DNA from: Octopus vulgaris
Taxonomy: Eukaryota
Direction of reading: 5' to 3'
NCBI GenBank assembly: GCA_951406725.2
Contig: OX597821.1
Coordinates: 35,960,001 to 36,024,000, forward strand
Length of the DNA: 64,000 nt
Of this stretch, positions 13,849-29,587 are shown one piece after another. The notes beneath the pieces were generated by a model. The model did not search any database and was not told the origin of the DNA. It saw nothing but the letters and a program-made list of their open reading frames with translations. Position numbers and translations under genes: made by a program. Position 1 is the stretch's first letter. Every line of letters starts with the position of its first letter.

Positions 13849-14219
13849 CCACCACTACTACCATTGTTTGGGGCAGAAATTGGTGAAGAGGTCATGCTCT
13901 ATGGGTCTATAACTAGATTCAGCTCATGGTGGAGAGAAAGCTCAAGAGACAAAGGACATTAATGGTCAGGAGAGGTCAAACCTGTTTACTTTTTTTTTCA
14001 GCGCTGACTTGAAAAGCAATTCAGCTTGTTATATTTGTAATTAATGGTAGGAAGAGAGAAAAAAACTATGTATATATATATATATATATACCCACACACA
14101 TATGCATGTGTATATGTATACTCACACACACATATGTATATGTATATGTATACTCACACACACATATTATCTGATATTCACGTTGATGATTTTTTTTATT
14201 TCTGAATTCAATTGTATGT

Positions 14220-14490
14220 ATATATTAGCAGGTGCTTACTTCCATAATTTTTTATCGTGCATTTAATTGTGTTGTTACATTAAAAGGCATTTTTACATAT
14301 TCTGATAGTCAAGGAAGAAGGGACGACAAAATGTTCACACAAAATTGGAGATATTTATGTTTCTAATTTTTTTGTTAGGTGTTCGTTTGTATGTCCTAAG
14401 CTGTAGATATGTAAGTTCCTTAACTTATTTTGAGGGAAATTCAAATTACTCACAGTTGTCCTGCTGAGTTAGCTGCTGAAAGGTCAGAGA
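14220..14490. repeat. Unclassified modular dispersed repeat, also at 31920-32490 and 33290-33535
   Basis: aggtgcttacttcc...aaggaagaagg...atgttcacacaaa and tagatatgtaagttccttaacttattttgag shared between loci. Confidence 0.7.
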
Positions 14491-14491
14491 C

Positions 14492-15290
<799 letters not shown>

Positions 15291-15713
15291 TTTCTCTCTC
15301 TTTTTACTCCTTTACTTGTTTCAGTCATGTGACTGTGGCCATACTGGAGCACCGCCTATAGTCGAGCAAATCGACCCCAGGACTTATTCTTTGTAAGCCT
15401 AGTACTTATTCTATCGGTCTCTTTTGCCGAACCGCTAAGGTACGGGGGCGTAAACACTCCAGCATCGGTTGTCAAGCGATGTTGGGGGGGACAAACACAG
15501 ACACACAAACACACACACAAACATATATATATATATATATGTACATATATACGACGGGCTTCTTTCAGTTTCCGTCTACCAAATCCATTCAGAAGGCTTT
15601 GGTCGGGCCGAGGCTATAGTAGAAGACACTTGCACAAGGTGCCACTCAGTGGGACTGAACCCGGAACCTTGTGGTTGGTAAGCAAGCTACTTACCACACA
15701 GCCACTCCTACGC
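15291..15713 (-). mobile_element. SINE family 1, full length
   Basis: Reverse complement of 7693-8129. Confidence 0.9.
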
Positions 15714-16334
15714 TCATGTATTATTAAAAGCTATTATTAAATGTTGCTTAGTTTCAACTTTTGACTTGTACGTGAGATATTCATAAATATGAGGTGGTTA
15801 AATGGAATAATAGGAGGAAACAAGCAGCTTGGTGAACAGACCAAATTCTCAGGTCTGTAAATAGATTCGGCGGATGGTGAGGAGATCAGCAATAGACATT
15901 CCTGTCCGATAAGGAGACAAAAGAGGCCTCACATCCTTGGGATCAGAAGAGGTCAAATGCTACTACTACTACTACTAGCGATCAATGAGAGCGATGACCT
16001 TAGCCTTGAAAAGAACTAATTCACCTTCTTCTACTTTTAATTACTGATAGGAAAAATTATATATATTACTAGTATTGTTGCTATACATACATACATACAT
16101 ACATACATACATACATACATACAAGTATACGTAATAATAATAATAATGATGATAATAATAATAAGTGGGTGTAAACACATGAACAAAATAAGAATAAACA
16201 AAAACAAATTACACGAACGTATATAAACAGAAGATACAAATATTACAGGTATTTCCCCCCAAACACACACTAACTAAACATAGACGCACATAGAGATATA
16301 CGCATGCGCAAATGATGACACATACAAAATGGCT

Positions 16335-16548
16335 GACGGTTAGTAAGGAGAGACACACAAATAAGAAAGAAGAAAGCAAAGGACCACTGATGCGGTCACA
16401 GGAGTGTCACGAAAGAACTCTGGCCGAAATAAGATTAAGATTAATGTAATAAATAAATAACACTGAAGCAAAGTAACACCAAATATAGAGTACGTGTGTT
16501 TTTATTGGCTAAACTAGCAAAATGACCGAAATACAACAATATATAACA
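16335..16548 (+). repeat. Hammerhead-like-motif-bearing repeat family B, copy 1 (motif at 16381-16425)
   Basis: ggacca-CTGATGC-ggtcacaggagtgtcac-GAAA-gaac-TC-tggcc. Downstream cgtgtgttt..att...gaaatacaacaatatata is shared with 56383-56620 and 57170-57415. Confidence 0.55.
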
Positions 16549-16549
16549 G

Positions 16550-17733
16550 TTGTCCGGGGTCGCGATGGGGACGAGAATGGGCCCCAATTTCGCCAATCTC
16601 TTTCTTGGCTACATTGAGGCCCAAGTGTTCTCCCAATTCTCCGGGCCGACCCCTGAACTACACGGTCGCTATATAGACGACTGCATGGGCGCCACCTCCC
16701 TTTCCCGCGAACTTCTCTGCCAATTCATCTCTTTCCTCTCCAACTTCCACCCCTCTCTACAATTCACTTCAACCATCTCCAACACCTCTGTCAACTTCCT
16801 TGATATCTCTCTCAGCATCGACCACCCCTCCCACTCTCTCACCACCTCCGCCTTCTTTAAACCCACGGATTCCCACCTCTATCTCAACTTCTCCTCCTCC
16901 CACCCCTTCCACACCAAACGGGCCATCCCCTACTCCCAGTTCCTCCGCCTCCGACGCTTGTGCAGCCGCGACCAGGATTTCGAGACCCAATCTCAATACC
17001 TGGCCCGCCTGTTCAGGTACCGAGGATACCCACCCACACTAATCTCAAATGCCCTCGCCCGCGCCCGTCGCATCGACCGCACCACCGCCCTTTCTCCTTC
17101 CTCTCACCCACCCCCCAACCGCACCCCCTTTCCCCTCCTTTTCCACCCCTCTACTCTACCCCTTCGTCGGAAGATACTACGTGCCTTCCGTCGCCTCCAG
17201 CTCGATCCCACGACCCGCCCCATTTTCCCCAACCCACCCTTGTCCTCCTTGAAACTAGCCCGGAATCTACACGACCTCCTGGTCCATAGCACCCTCTCTC
17301 CTTCCCCCTCAGCCCCACACGGATCATTCCCGTGCTCTAGATCCCGCTGCAACACCTGCCCCTTCATCACCAACACCACTGCTGTCACCGGCTCCAACCA
17401 GCGAACTGTACGTGTCAGACATTCTTTTACGTGCACTTCGTCTGGCCTCATATACTGTATTAAATGCAACCTCTGCGGAATGCTGTATATAGGACAGACG
17501 GGACGCCGTTTGTCAGACCGATTCGCCGAACATCTGCGGGACGTTCGCCTACGGTTCTTTCTCCCGTCGCACGTCACTTCCGCTCGGCCAGCCGTTCCCC
17601 CGATGACATCTCAGTGTTTGGTCTTGCCCCACATAACGGTCTTCCACAATCCAGGCTCCACTTGGAGCAACGCTTCATCTTCACTCTACAAACCAATACC
17701 CCACACGGACTCAACACAGCCCCCTCCTCTTAG
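16550..17733 (+). mobile_element. Penelope-like element ORF (RT + Cys-rich linker + GIY-YIG endonuclease), 5'-truncated, one frameshift near 17550
   Basis: GVAMG..ANLF, RYIDD, FLD, KPTD..YL..SSHP, SQFLRLRRLCS, CSRSRCNTC, LIYCIKC..C..LYIGQTGR.L..RF.EH. C-terminus PVARHF...EQRFIFTLQT..PHGLN is in another frame ending at 17733. Confidence 0.93.
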
Positions 17734-17789
17734 TATCTGCGCTCCACCTCTCTTTCTCCCCCCTCTCCTTTTTTAAAAAATCCTTATAC

Positions 17790-20150
17790 AGAAACACACA
17801 CACGCGTACCCACGTATCCACGAACACCCCCACATACCTACTTCCAACACACCTACCTCCAACACACCACACACATACGACCTACTTGCACGCACACATA
17901 CTTCCACACCTATACACACCACTACACACCCCCACGCGCACACCCACGCACACACACATATGCCCGTGCACACACACCAACAAAACAATACCCTACAGAT
18001 AGGCACACCCTTGTAAACACCCAGTAGAGACACACACACACATACACACACGTCATGCGCATGTACATTACGCCCACACAACCCCAGAGGAAACCCCACG
18101 CACACACGCATACATTTACACACACACACATACATACGTATACACACATACATACATACATTCACACATTTAATCACACATACATACCTACATACACACA
18201 CAAACAAACATACACATACACACACACATACATACATACATACACACATACACACACACACATACGTACATACATACTTTACATACATACATACACACAC
18301 ACATTCACACATACACGCATGCATACACACATGCATACACACGCACACGTTTACACACATGCACACACACACATACATATATTTGTATCCAGGCGCACGT
18401 TTTTCAGTTGAGGGATTGATGGAGTTCGTTTTTTTTTGTGGGTGTTTGTGGGTGTTTGTGGGTGTTAGTGGGTCCGCGGGCGCGCGCCTGGGGTGCGGCC
18501 GGCCCCATATGCGTGCGTTGTGTGTTTGTGTGTTGTGTGTGTGTGTGTGTGTGTGCGTTCGTGTGTGTGTGTATACATCCATACACACATACATGCATGC
18601 ATGCACGCGCGCACACATACATACCTACATACATACACGCACACACACTTACACATATACACACATACATACACACACACATACATACCTACACACATAC
18701 ACACATACACACATACATACACACACACATACATACACAAGACATACATACATACAGACATACACCTATACACTCACACATTCACACATACATACACACA
18801 CACATACACACCCACATACACACGCACACGCACACACGCATACATACACACACACACGCATACATACATACATTACGCCTACACAACTCCAGAGGAAACC
18901 CCACACACACAAGCATACATTCACACACACACACACACATAAGTACATACACATACATACATATATTCATACTTTCATTCATACATACATACATACACAC
19001 ACACAAACATACACACACATACACACATACATACATACACACGTACATACACATATACATATATACACACACGCACACACACAAACATACACACACACAC
19101 ATACATACAAACACATATGCATACACACACATATACGCACATACACATATACATACACACATGCATACACACACACATACATACGCACATGCATGCATAC
19201 ATACATACACACACACACACACGCATGCACACATACATACATACACACGCATACATACATACATACATACACACACACATACATACATACATACACACAC
19301 ACACTTCCGCACATACACACATACACACATACACACACATACATACACGCACACATACATAGATACATACACATATACACACACACATACTTACATACAC
19401 TCATACGGACATACATACATACAGACATACACACATACACACTCACACATACATACATACATACATACACACATACATACCTACATACACACTCGCATGC
19501 ACACGCACACACATGCATGCGCACGTACACACACGCATTTACATATATATACAATACACGCACACACACTTACACACGTACAAACACACGCTAATTCATA
19601 TACACACTGACACATATACATACACACAACATATACCTCCACGCGCACGCACACATACACATATGTACACACATATAAGCACAGACACACACATACATAC
19701 GCACACCAAAACATGCGCACACATACACACGCACACGCGCAAAAAGAAACTCAACGCACATACATACACACGCACACGCACACACACACAAATGAACCCA
19801 CACATACATCCCATACGGCACACAACCATACATACACGCACACACCTACATACACGCACACAATTATACATATACGCACGTACAAGCACACACGCACACA
19901 TACACTTAGTTAAGCACATTTACTCGCCATACACACACAAAAAATGAAACGTACACACACACATACTACAACAAAACACACAGACGATACATATACACGC
20001 ACACACACATACCTCCCTGTTTCTGACCTGCCTTTCTGACTTGCTAGGGTACCCCCACACCACTCCTTTAATTCTACTACTGCCTGCCACTGGCCATTGT
20101 CCACCATACACACACATACACACACACGCACACACTCACACACACACCCT
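17790..20150. repeat. Long imperfect (CA)/(CATA) simple-repeat tract 3' of the PLE ORF, with internal duplication and an inverted (TG-rich) segment at ~18400-18575
   Basis: Direct reading. cattacgcc.acacaac.ccagaggaaaccccac occurs at ~18067 and ~18871. Confidence 0.85.
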
Positions 20151-20343
20151 TGTCATCTCGCACACCTTTTTTACCATTCCTTCTTTGATTCAGCTTTCCT
20201 GTTTTTAAAAACATTTTCCTCCTTTTTTACCACTTCCGTCTTTTTAGTATGTGACCTCGTGAAAACTACCTGCATTTTTTTCCTCTGTCCTCCCGTCTCG
20301 GGATCTTTCTTTCTCCTATGTTTCCGACGAAGAGCACCTGCTC
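20150..20343 (+). mobile_element. Probable PLE terminal (pseudo-LTR) segment ending in a truncated hammerhead-like half
   Basis: Pyrimidine-rich segment ending CCGACGA-a-gagc-acct-gctc (20324-20343), then joined to another repeat. Confidence 0.5.
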
Positions 20344-20696
20344 AAAAGGTCCCTGAATAAGGATTGTTTAAGGTTGTTGAACGAACGACCCATGTTTCCA
20401 AAGGTGAATTATCCAAACCTCTAAGAATTCCTTTCAACACACGGCTATGATGCTCCCCCATTACTTCTGGTTGTGATCAGAGATGCACATATCGTCATCC
20501 ACTAAGGGGCATGGTCAACTGGTTAAGATCAAGCAACTGACAAGCAAATCTGTGATATTGAACAGAATATTTGCAGTAGCCCATCTTTTATCCCAAGACA
20601 AAACAATGTACATGATAACACTTCCAATCAGTTAAGATCAGGAGCCACGAGAGCCACTGTCTGGTACTTCATCAGGGCATTGCCACCGTCTGGTAC

Positions 20697-20737
<41 letters not shown>

Positions 20738-21292
20738 GAGTGAGAGAGCAGTGCATGCCATCAAAGTGACACTGGGGTAAAATATACGAAGCCCAATATA
20801 CCCATCATGACTACCCGTCTGATAAGGGTACACCAGGCACATGCATCACAACCATATGTGCGCGACATGGTGATCTCATATCAAGATAAACAGCACATGA
20901 CCTGGCAGGTGGGGCCCAGTTAGAATTTTCTTCAGGTTGAGTAGCCCATCCCGCTCAAAAGGTCCCTGAATAAGGGTTGTTTAAGGATGTTGAAAGAACC
21001 ACCCATGTTTCCAGAGGTGAATTATTCAAACCCTAAAGAATCCCTCTCAACACATGGCTATGATGCTCCCCCACTACTTCTGCTCGTGATCAGAGATGCA
21101 CATATCGTCAGCCACCAAGGGACATGGTCAACTGGTTAAGGTCAAACAACTGACAAGCAAATCTGTGGTATTGGGCAGAATATTTGCTGTAGCCCATCTT
21201 TTATACCAAGACAAAACAATGTACATGATAACACTTCCAAGCAGTTAAGATCAGAAGCCATGAGAGCCACTGCCTGGTACTGCATCAGGGCA

Positions 21293-21294
<2 letters not shown>
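20338..21294. mobile_element. Two copies (partial 20338-20680; full 20738-21294) of a ~557-bp non-coding element embedded in (TTA)n
   Basis: High identity between copies and with 29926-30474. No ORF. Full copy flanked on both sides by (TTA)n. Confidence 0.85.
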
Positions 21295-21350
<56 letters not shown>

Positions 21351-21404
21351 GTTGTTGTTGTTGTTGTTGTTATTATTATTATCATTATCAATATCATTAT
21401 CATC

Positions 21405-21493
<89 letters not shown>

Positions 21494-21581
21494 TATCATT
21501 ATCACTATCATTATCATCATCATTATCATTATCATCATCATTAGCATTATCATCAGCATTATCATTATCATTATCATTATT

Positions 21582-21612
<31 letters not shown>

Positions 21613-21613
21613 A

Positions 21614-21686
<73 letters not shown>

Positions 21687-21689
<3 letters not shown>

Positions 21690-22700
21690 TAGTCTTATTT
21701 TTTATCACGGGCTTTCACTGCACTACCGAGCGCAGCTGTATGTGCTTTGGGTACGTGCTGTGGTGTGATGCTTTTATTTTTACTTTATTGAAAGTGTTTT
21801 ACGTAGGATGTGTGCGGTGTCTGGCAGTGCTATTTTCTGTATGTTATATATACTTCTCAGTCCTAGTATTTTTATTATGTATTTATCTGTATATATTTTT
21901 ATCATACCTAACGCACCCTCTATAATAGAAATTGTTTCTGTTTTTAGACTCTATTGTGTCTGTGAATATATTCTCCGTTAGCCAGGACTGGGAAGCCAGA
22001 GACAATAAGGTTTACTGTTTCTTATCTATCTCCTCATATTCTGCAGTTACTTGTTATGTTTTTTTTTCATTATATGTTTTTGGTAATTTCTGGTGGGGAG
22101 GATTTGGTCTTATGCTACAATTAGATATCCTCCAGTCTCTGCTTTGAGTCCTGAATTTCTCAGCCATTGCTGGAATTTTGCTTTAGTTTAACTCTGCCAT
22201 CATTCTTTCTTTTCATATATATATTCTGTTTACGTTTCCTTTATAGTGTAGCGCCCCATTGCAGCGCCATGCTTCTATCCAGTGTTGATATTTCTTCCTT
22301 AGTCCATTTGAGGATGGACGCACTACATCTGACTACAAATGCCCAGATATTCATTGCGGTAATCAAATTTTTGGCATTCAGGCTGGATTTCAACACAATA
22401 TTCACCCTTATTTGATACGCCTTGCTGACCTTGACTTTCATTTCTTTGTGCAGAATCTCATCCAGCTCCAAAATTCCTAAATGTCTATATCCCCTACCAT
22501 CGAGCTCACACGGGGTGTTTCTTGATGGTGACCACAATTCTCCGCAGCATGCGTTCTTCCCTCTTTTCATATTAAAAACTGAGCATTTGGTCATCCCAAA
22601 TTCTATACCACTGTCCCTACCACACTTCTGGACTGTTTTGGTTAAGCAATCTATGTTTTTCAGATTCCCCATACAATTTCAGGTCATCCATGAACAGAAT
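21687..22700 (-). mobile_element. R4/Dong 3' fragments (two joined pieces)
   Basis: 3' UTR shared with 23031 and 29585. MDDLK / IEFGMTKC / LKSSLNAKNLITAMN thumb-region translation. Confidence 0.8.
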
Positions 22701-22709
22701 AATATTGTT

Positions 22710-22742
<33 letters not shown>

Positions 22743-22756
22743 GCTATTGTTGTTGC

Positions 22757-22864
<108 letters not shown>

Positions 22865-22874
22865 TATCATTATC

Positions 22875-22906
<32 letters not shown>

Positions 22907-22907
22907 A

Positions 22908-23027
<120 letters not shown>

Positions 23028-23030
23028 TAT

Positions 23031-24374
23031 TCAGTAGTTTTATTTTTATAGCGTGCTTTCACTTCACTACCGAGCACAGCTCTGTGTGCCTTGGGTATGT
23101 GCTGTGATTTGTTGTGATGCTCTGATGGTTATTGTATGGAAAGTGTTTTGCGTAGGATGTGTGCAGTGCCTAGTAGTGCAATTTTCTGTATGTTATATCT
23201 GTTTGTAAGTCCTGGTGTTTTTGTTATGTATTTGTCTGAATATTTTTTATCATGCCTAATGCACCTACTATGATAGTAATTGTTTCTGTTTTCAGATTCC
23301 ACATTCTAGTTACCTCTATTTCCAGGTCTTTGTATTTTGAGAGTTTCTCCATTTCTTTTAGAGACACGTTGTCATCAGCTGGTATTGATACATCAATTAG
23401 AAAGCATTTTTGTTCTTCATGATCTCTGACAACTATATCTGGACTGTTGGCCTTAATTTCTCTATCTGTGTGTATCGGCATATCCCAGAGTATGGTTGCT
23501 TTCTCGTTTTCTGTGACCTTTTCTGGTGTGTGCCTATACCATCTTTTTTCTGTTGTTATTCCATAATGTTGGCATAGCTTCCAATGTATGTAGGTTCCAA
23601 CTCTGTCATGTCTGTGAATATATTCCTTCTTAGCCAAGACTGGGCAGCTAGAGATAATATGATTTATTGTTTCTTGTCCATCTCCACATATTCTGCAGTT
23701 ACTTGTAATATTTCTTTTCATTACATGTTTTTGGTAATTTCTGGTGGGGAGGCTTTGGTCTTGTGCTGCAATTAAAAACCCCTCTGTTTCTGCTTTGAGT
23801 CCTGAGCTTCTCAACCATTGCTGGGATTTTTCTTTGTCTATTTCTTTTGCCTTTAGTTTAGACCAGTATTTACCATGAAGGGGCTTTTCTTGCCATCGTT
23901 TTATCATGGTTCGTTGCTGTTCTATTTTTAGTTTGGATTTCATTTGTTTTATAGCTTTTGTTGTTTCTTCATCTTCTTCTTCTTCTTCATGTTTATTAGG
24001 TGGTATGATTTCTTGTTTGTATTTGTCAGCTTCCTTAAATACTGAGAACAGTTTTTTGTTTTGCTCGTGTTTTGCCGCTATCTGGATCAGTTTTCCTTCC
24101 TTCTGAAGTAGATATTTTTGCAGTCCTATGGTGGTTATTTTATAGTAGTTTTCCAGCTGTATAAGGCCTCTACCACCTTCTATACGTTGTATATATAGTC
24201 TTTCTATGTCAGATTTTGGGTGATGCATCCTAGATCCTGCCATTATTTTTCTTGTTTTCCTATCTATTTTGGTCAGTTCATTTCGTGTCCAGTTAAGGAT
24301 ATTGTAGCTGTAACTTATAACTGGGACAGCTAAAGTGTTGATACCTATTATCTTGTTTTTAGCATTGATCTCTG

Positions 24375-24378
<4 letters not shown>
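23031..24378 (-). mobile_element. R4/Dong 3' portion with open 339-aa C-terminal ORF
   Basis: GGRGL, WL.SSGLKAETEG...AAQDQSL.TRNY, CRIC....ETINHIISSC, RHD, PDIV, K..KY..L. (AAT)n tail. Confidence 0.92.
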
Positions 24379-24435
<57 letters not shown>

Positions 24436-24489
24436 GCTGTTGTTGTTGTTGTTATGTTGTTGTTGATGACGATGATGATGATGATTATT

Positions 24490-27075
24490 GCGTTACTATT
24501 CAGAACATTTGGTCTTGTTTGCTTTTAATTGCCGTGGGAGACATTCTACATCTGAGTGTCAATCACAAAATCCTAGCTTCCTCCAAGGGAGCAGAATTTG
24601 GGGCTTGCTCTGCTCTTATGCCAATTCCGATTTGTTTGACATATTTCTCGAACTTAGTTCTTATTCCTCCGAGTGCTCTAACAACTACTGGGATGACAGA
24701 CACTCTTCTCGTAGTCCACATTCTTGCAATTTCCTTTGTTAGTAGATCATACTTTTCAATCTTTTCTAGTTCTTTATTACTTATGCGTGCATCTCCAGGT
24801 ATTGCAATATCTATGATCTTGGTTTCTTGTTTTCCTTTATCTATTATGTGTTCAAGTATGAAATTTGTAGTAAGATATATTGTAAACTTTGATAGCTGCT
24901 CATTTTGCGCTTTTATTATATTTAGACAATCTTTATTTCTGTTAGAAAGCTGACACATCCATTTCTTTAATCTAACTCATTTTGCGCTTTATAAAGTATT
25001 TATAAGTCGTCTTTTGCTATTTTTGTTTAGAGATGGATAAGTCGGAAATTCGTACAGTTTTGAAATATGAGTTCTTTCTTGGAAATAGAGCGTCACAGAC
25101 AGCTCGGAATATTAATGGTGTATTTAATTCTAATGTTATTACACACCAGGCAGAATCAAATTGGTTTCCAAAATTTCGTTCTGGTAACTTTGACCTCACA
25201 AATGAGCAACGCAGTCGACCAGAAATAAATGTGGATTATGATGACCTGAAAGCCACCGTCGAGTCAGATCCATCTCAAAGTACCCGTGAATTATCTTTGT
25301 TGATTGGTGTTAGGAAGCAAACAATATTGACTCACCTAAAATAAAAAAGTTGGATAAGTGTGTTCCACATGAACTCAATGAAAATTAGAAACAGCAACGT
25401 TTAGAAGCCTGCATTATGCTACTTGTCACAAAAAAGAAACATTTTTGAAACGAAATTTTAACATGCGATGAAAAATGGATCCAATTCAACAATCTAAAAC
25501 GTTCAGCACAATGGTTGGACAAAGACTAGCCACTAGCCACCAAAGCACAATCCCAAAAGCAAAATTCATCAAAAGAAGCTGATGGTGTGTGTTTGGGGGT
25601 CTAGTGCATGTGTAGTTCATTATGATTTCATTAAACTTGGTTCATCAATCACGGCCGAAATATACTGCTGCCAACTGGACCAAATGATGCAGAAATTTAC
25701 AAAACACAGCCTAGATTAGTCAACAGATCCACTCCTATTTTATTGCAAGACAACACCAGACCACACATTGCAAAAAGGACATTGGTGAAACTACAAGAGT
25801 TGTCAACCACCATACTCACTTGATCTTGCTCCCACTGACTACCACTTCTTCCAGAATTTGGATAACTTTTTGATAGAAAAAAAAATTTAATTCCGACGAT
25901 GCTGTAAAACTGGCCTTACAAAATTTTATTAACTCTAGATTGCCAGGCTTTTATAGTTCCCGGGTTGAACAAGCTAACGCTGAAATGGCAAAAGTGTATT
26001 CACGATATGAGTGCATACTTTGATGAATAAAACTATCCCTCGTAACTATAAAACATTAGCAAACATTTTTCTTTTCTACAAATTTCATACTTGACGACCT
26101 AATACCACGGCAACATCTGGTCTCCGAACCTCGAATAGAGAGTAACATCGGATTCTAAAATTCCACAGCATCTTATGTTCCTTGTTGTCGGTGACTCCTT
26201 CTGGTTCATGTTCGCATCATTTCTGTGCTCTCTTCAGACTGTAATTTTCCCACAGCCTCCAGTTCACGAGCTTATCCACGTTATCGTGCCTCCATTTGTA
26301 GTGTATTTGGGTCAGCTTGCTACACACAACTCACAATATGTGAGAGTGTCTCGTTTCTGCTGCCACACACCTTACAAAAGGACGATTTGCTATTCTTATA
26401 TGTTTGGAACTTGGTGTAATTAATTCTTAGAGCTTGTTACAGGACACTGCATACCAATGCCTCAGTGCATCCTTTCAGATAACTTGTTTTTAGCCATCTC
26501 CAAATATCTTGCTCTTTACTTCGATTCTCTGAGTTATTGTCCATGCAGTGGCTTCATCTTTCAGTTATGTACTATAATTCATCTTGTTTCTGAAATCTTT
26601 GTGTGCGCATCACATTTTCGGTATGTATTATATTGTTATCTCCAATAGCGACAAACCAGGATTCACTCTGCTGTTTCATGTACCATCCCAGACTATTCTT
26701 TTCGTTGACAACACATGATCTTGCATCTTATGAGACCTCTTCCATCCTCTGTTTCTAACCACATAGAGTCTATCAGTGTCGCGTTTGGGGTGTAGTTCCT
26801 TGTTAATTGACATCACCTTTCTAGTTTCCCAGTCAATTTCCTCTCACTCATTCTTTGTCCACCTAGCAACACCTGCGCCATATCGCATTAAGGAAACAGC
26901 CCATGCGTTCATTGCCTAGTCTTTGTATTTTTCCATTGAGTCTACTTCCCGTAATTAATTTGCTTCTTCCGCTTAAAACTTTCTTTCATTTCACTTTCTT
27001 TCATTTTGTCGTATTCTAAAATCCCCCAGATATTTATATACATTAATCTCAATATTCTTGATTTTCTCGCCGTGG
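24490..27075 (-). mobile_element. R4/Dong fragment interrupted by a mariner
   Basis: Endonuclease region reads across the insertion (RRPDVAV | IDKGKQETKIIDIAIPGD..K..EKIEKY). YKYLG at ~27030. Confidence 0.8.
24844..26102 (+). mobile_element. Mariner transposon, full-length but inactivated
   Basis: ~27-bp TIRs (tta.gt..tcaagtatgaaatttgtag), TA at 24842-43 and 26103-04. MDKSEIR...WF.KFRSGNFDL, TCDEKW, QDN.RPH, PYS.DLAP.DYHFF; stops and frameshifts. Confidence 0.92.
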
Positions 27076-27123
27076 GATACACAAATATACACACATAAAT
27101 ACATACATATATACATACATATA

Positions 27124-27189
<66 letters not shown>

Positions 27190-27206
27190 TATATATATAT
27201 ATATAT

Positions 27207-27607
27207 ACTCTTTTTACTCTCTCTTTTACTTGTTTCAGTCATTTGACTGTGGCCATGCTGGAGCACCGCCTTTAGTCGAGCAAATCGACCCCGGAACTTA
27301 TTCTTTGTAAGCCCAGTACTTATTCTATCGGTCTCTTTTGCTGAACCGCTAAGTGACGGGGACATAAACACACCAGCATCAGTTGTCAGGCAATGCTAGG
27401 GGGACAAACACAGACACACACACATACATATATATATATATACATATATACGACAGGCTTCTTTCAGTTTCCGTCTACCAAATCCACTCACAAGGCATTG
27501 GTCGGCCCGGGGCTATAGCAGAAGACACTTGCCCAAGATGCCACGCAGTGGGACTGAACCCGGAACCATGTGGTTGGTTAGCAAGCTACTTACCACACAG
27601 CCACTCC

Positions 27608-27610
<3 letters not shown>
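27207..27610 (-). mobile_element. SINE family 1
   Basis: Reverse complement of 7693-8129. Confidence 0.9.
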
Positions 27611-28393
<783 letters not shown>

Positions 28394-28749
28394 ATATTTT
28401 AGTCCGAAATTACATTCCGATATCCTTACTGAATATCTGCACTGTTGAGACTTGGCCATTTATTTCACGTTCGATCTTTCCAATTATCTTTAAATCATCC
28501 ATTTATATAACAGACGATTTAATTTTCCTCAACTTTTCAAGGTGTACCCCGATGTCACGTTCCGTAGTATCTTTGTGACGGGTATCATACAAATCACAAA
28601 CAACAATGGTGATGGACTATCTCCTTGAAATATGCATCTCTTGGTAACCATCGACATAAAATTTCCACGTGAAGTTAACTCTGTATTCATTGATCCCCTA
28701 ATAAAATTTTTATGTTATAAGACAACTATACAAGTTCTAAATATGGGAT

Positions 28750-29480
28750 CCTGTTATACGCTTTCTTATAATCCATCTACGTCATGCTCAGGTTACTAAG
28801 CCTTTTCTTGCAGTCATTCAGTACCATTCTGTCTATCAGAAGTTGGTCTTTAGACCCTCGGTTTTTCTTTCTGCACCCTTTCTGTTCCACTGGCAGTGAG
28901 TCATTCATTTCCAGGAAGTTATACACATTATTAGATACTCTTCCTGTCAGCATCTTCCATATCAGAGACAGATAGGTGATAAGGCAGCAATTATCCACTG
29001 CACTGCCTATACTGGGATCCTTTTGGGATTTGTACACTGTTGTTAATCATTATATACATTAGCGTAGCTATTCTTCTGTGTAGTGCTGGGAAATTTTTCA
29101 GCCAGTACCCTTGTACCCCATACGGTCTTGGGCATTTCTAGTTTGGGATCTTTGTTCTCTGTTCATTTACCATTTCAGTCGTTATTCTTATTTGCTGTTT
29201 CACTTCATATATTTCCGACCTTAATTGCTTCAATTATTTAGCATTTTTGTTATGCTTTCTTCCAATATACCAGCTGTTACTTCAAAAGCTTTTACTTTCT
29301 TCGGGGTCAAGTCTCACATTGTGGTTAACCTTTCCACTCGGCTTTTGATAAACACTTTTCTGGCCTTATCGGAACAATCTGTTGATTCTATATTATTCAA
29401 TTATTAGGTCATATCTCTTGACTGTTGACGCTTTAGCCTGCAATATTTATATCAGCTCTTGAAGAAGTACATTAACACCT
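28750..29480 (-). mobile_element. R4/Dong RT fragment, decayed
   Basis: LPVEQKGCRKKNRGSKDQLLID and GVQGYWLK-type motifs. Confidence 0.8.
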
Positions 29481-29516
29481 TTTTATATATTATTATTATT
29501 GTTGTTGTTGTTGTTA

Positions 29517-29584
<68 letters not shown>

Positions 29585-29587
<3 letters not shown>

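Noticed and set aside
20660-20682. CTGATGA at the end of the 557-bp element (minus)
   Set aside because: The other copy has CTGATGC, and there is no GAAA/stem III in register.
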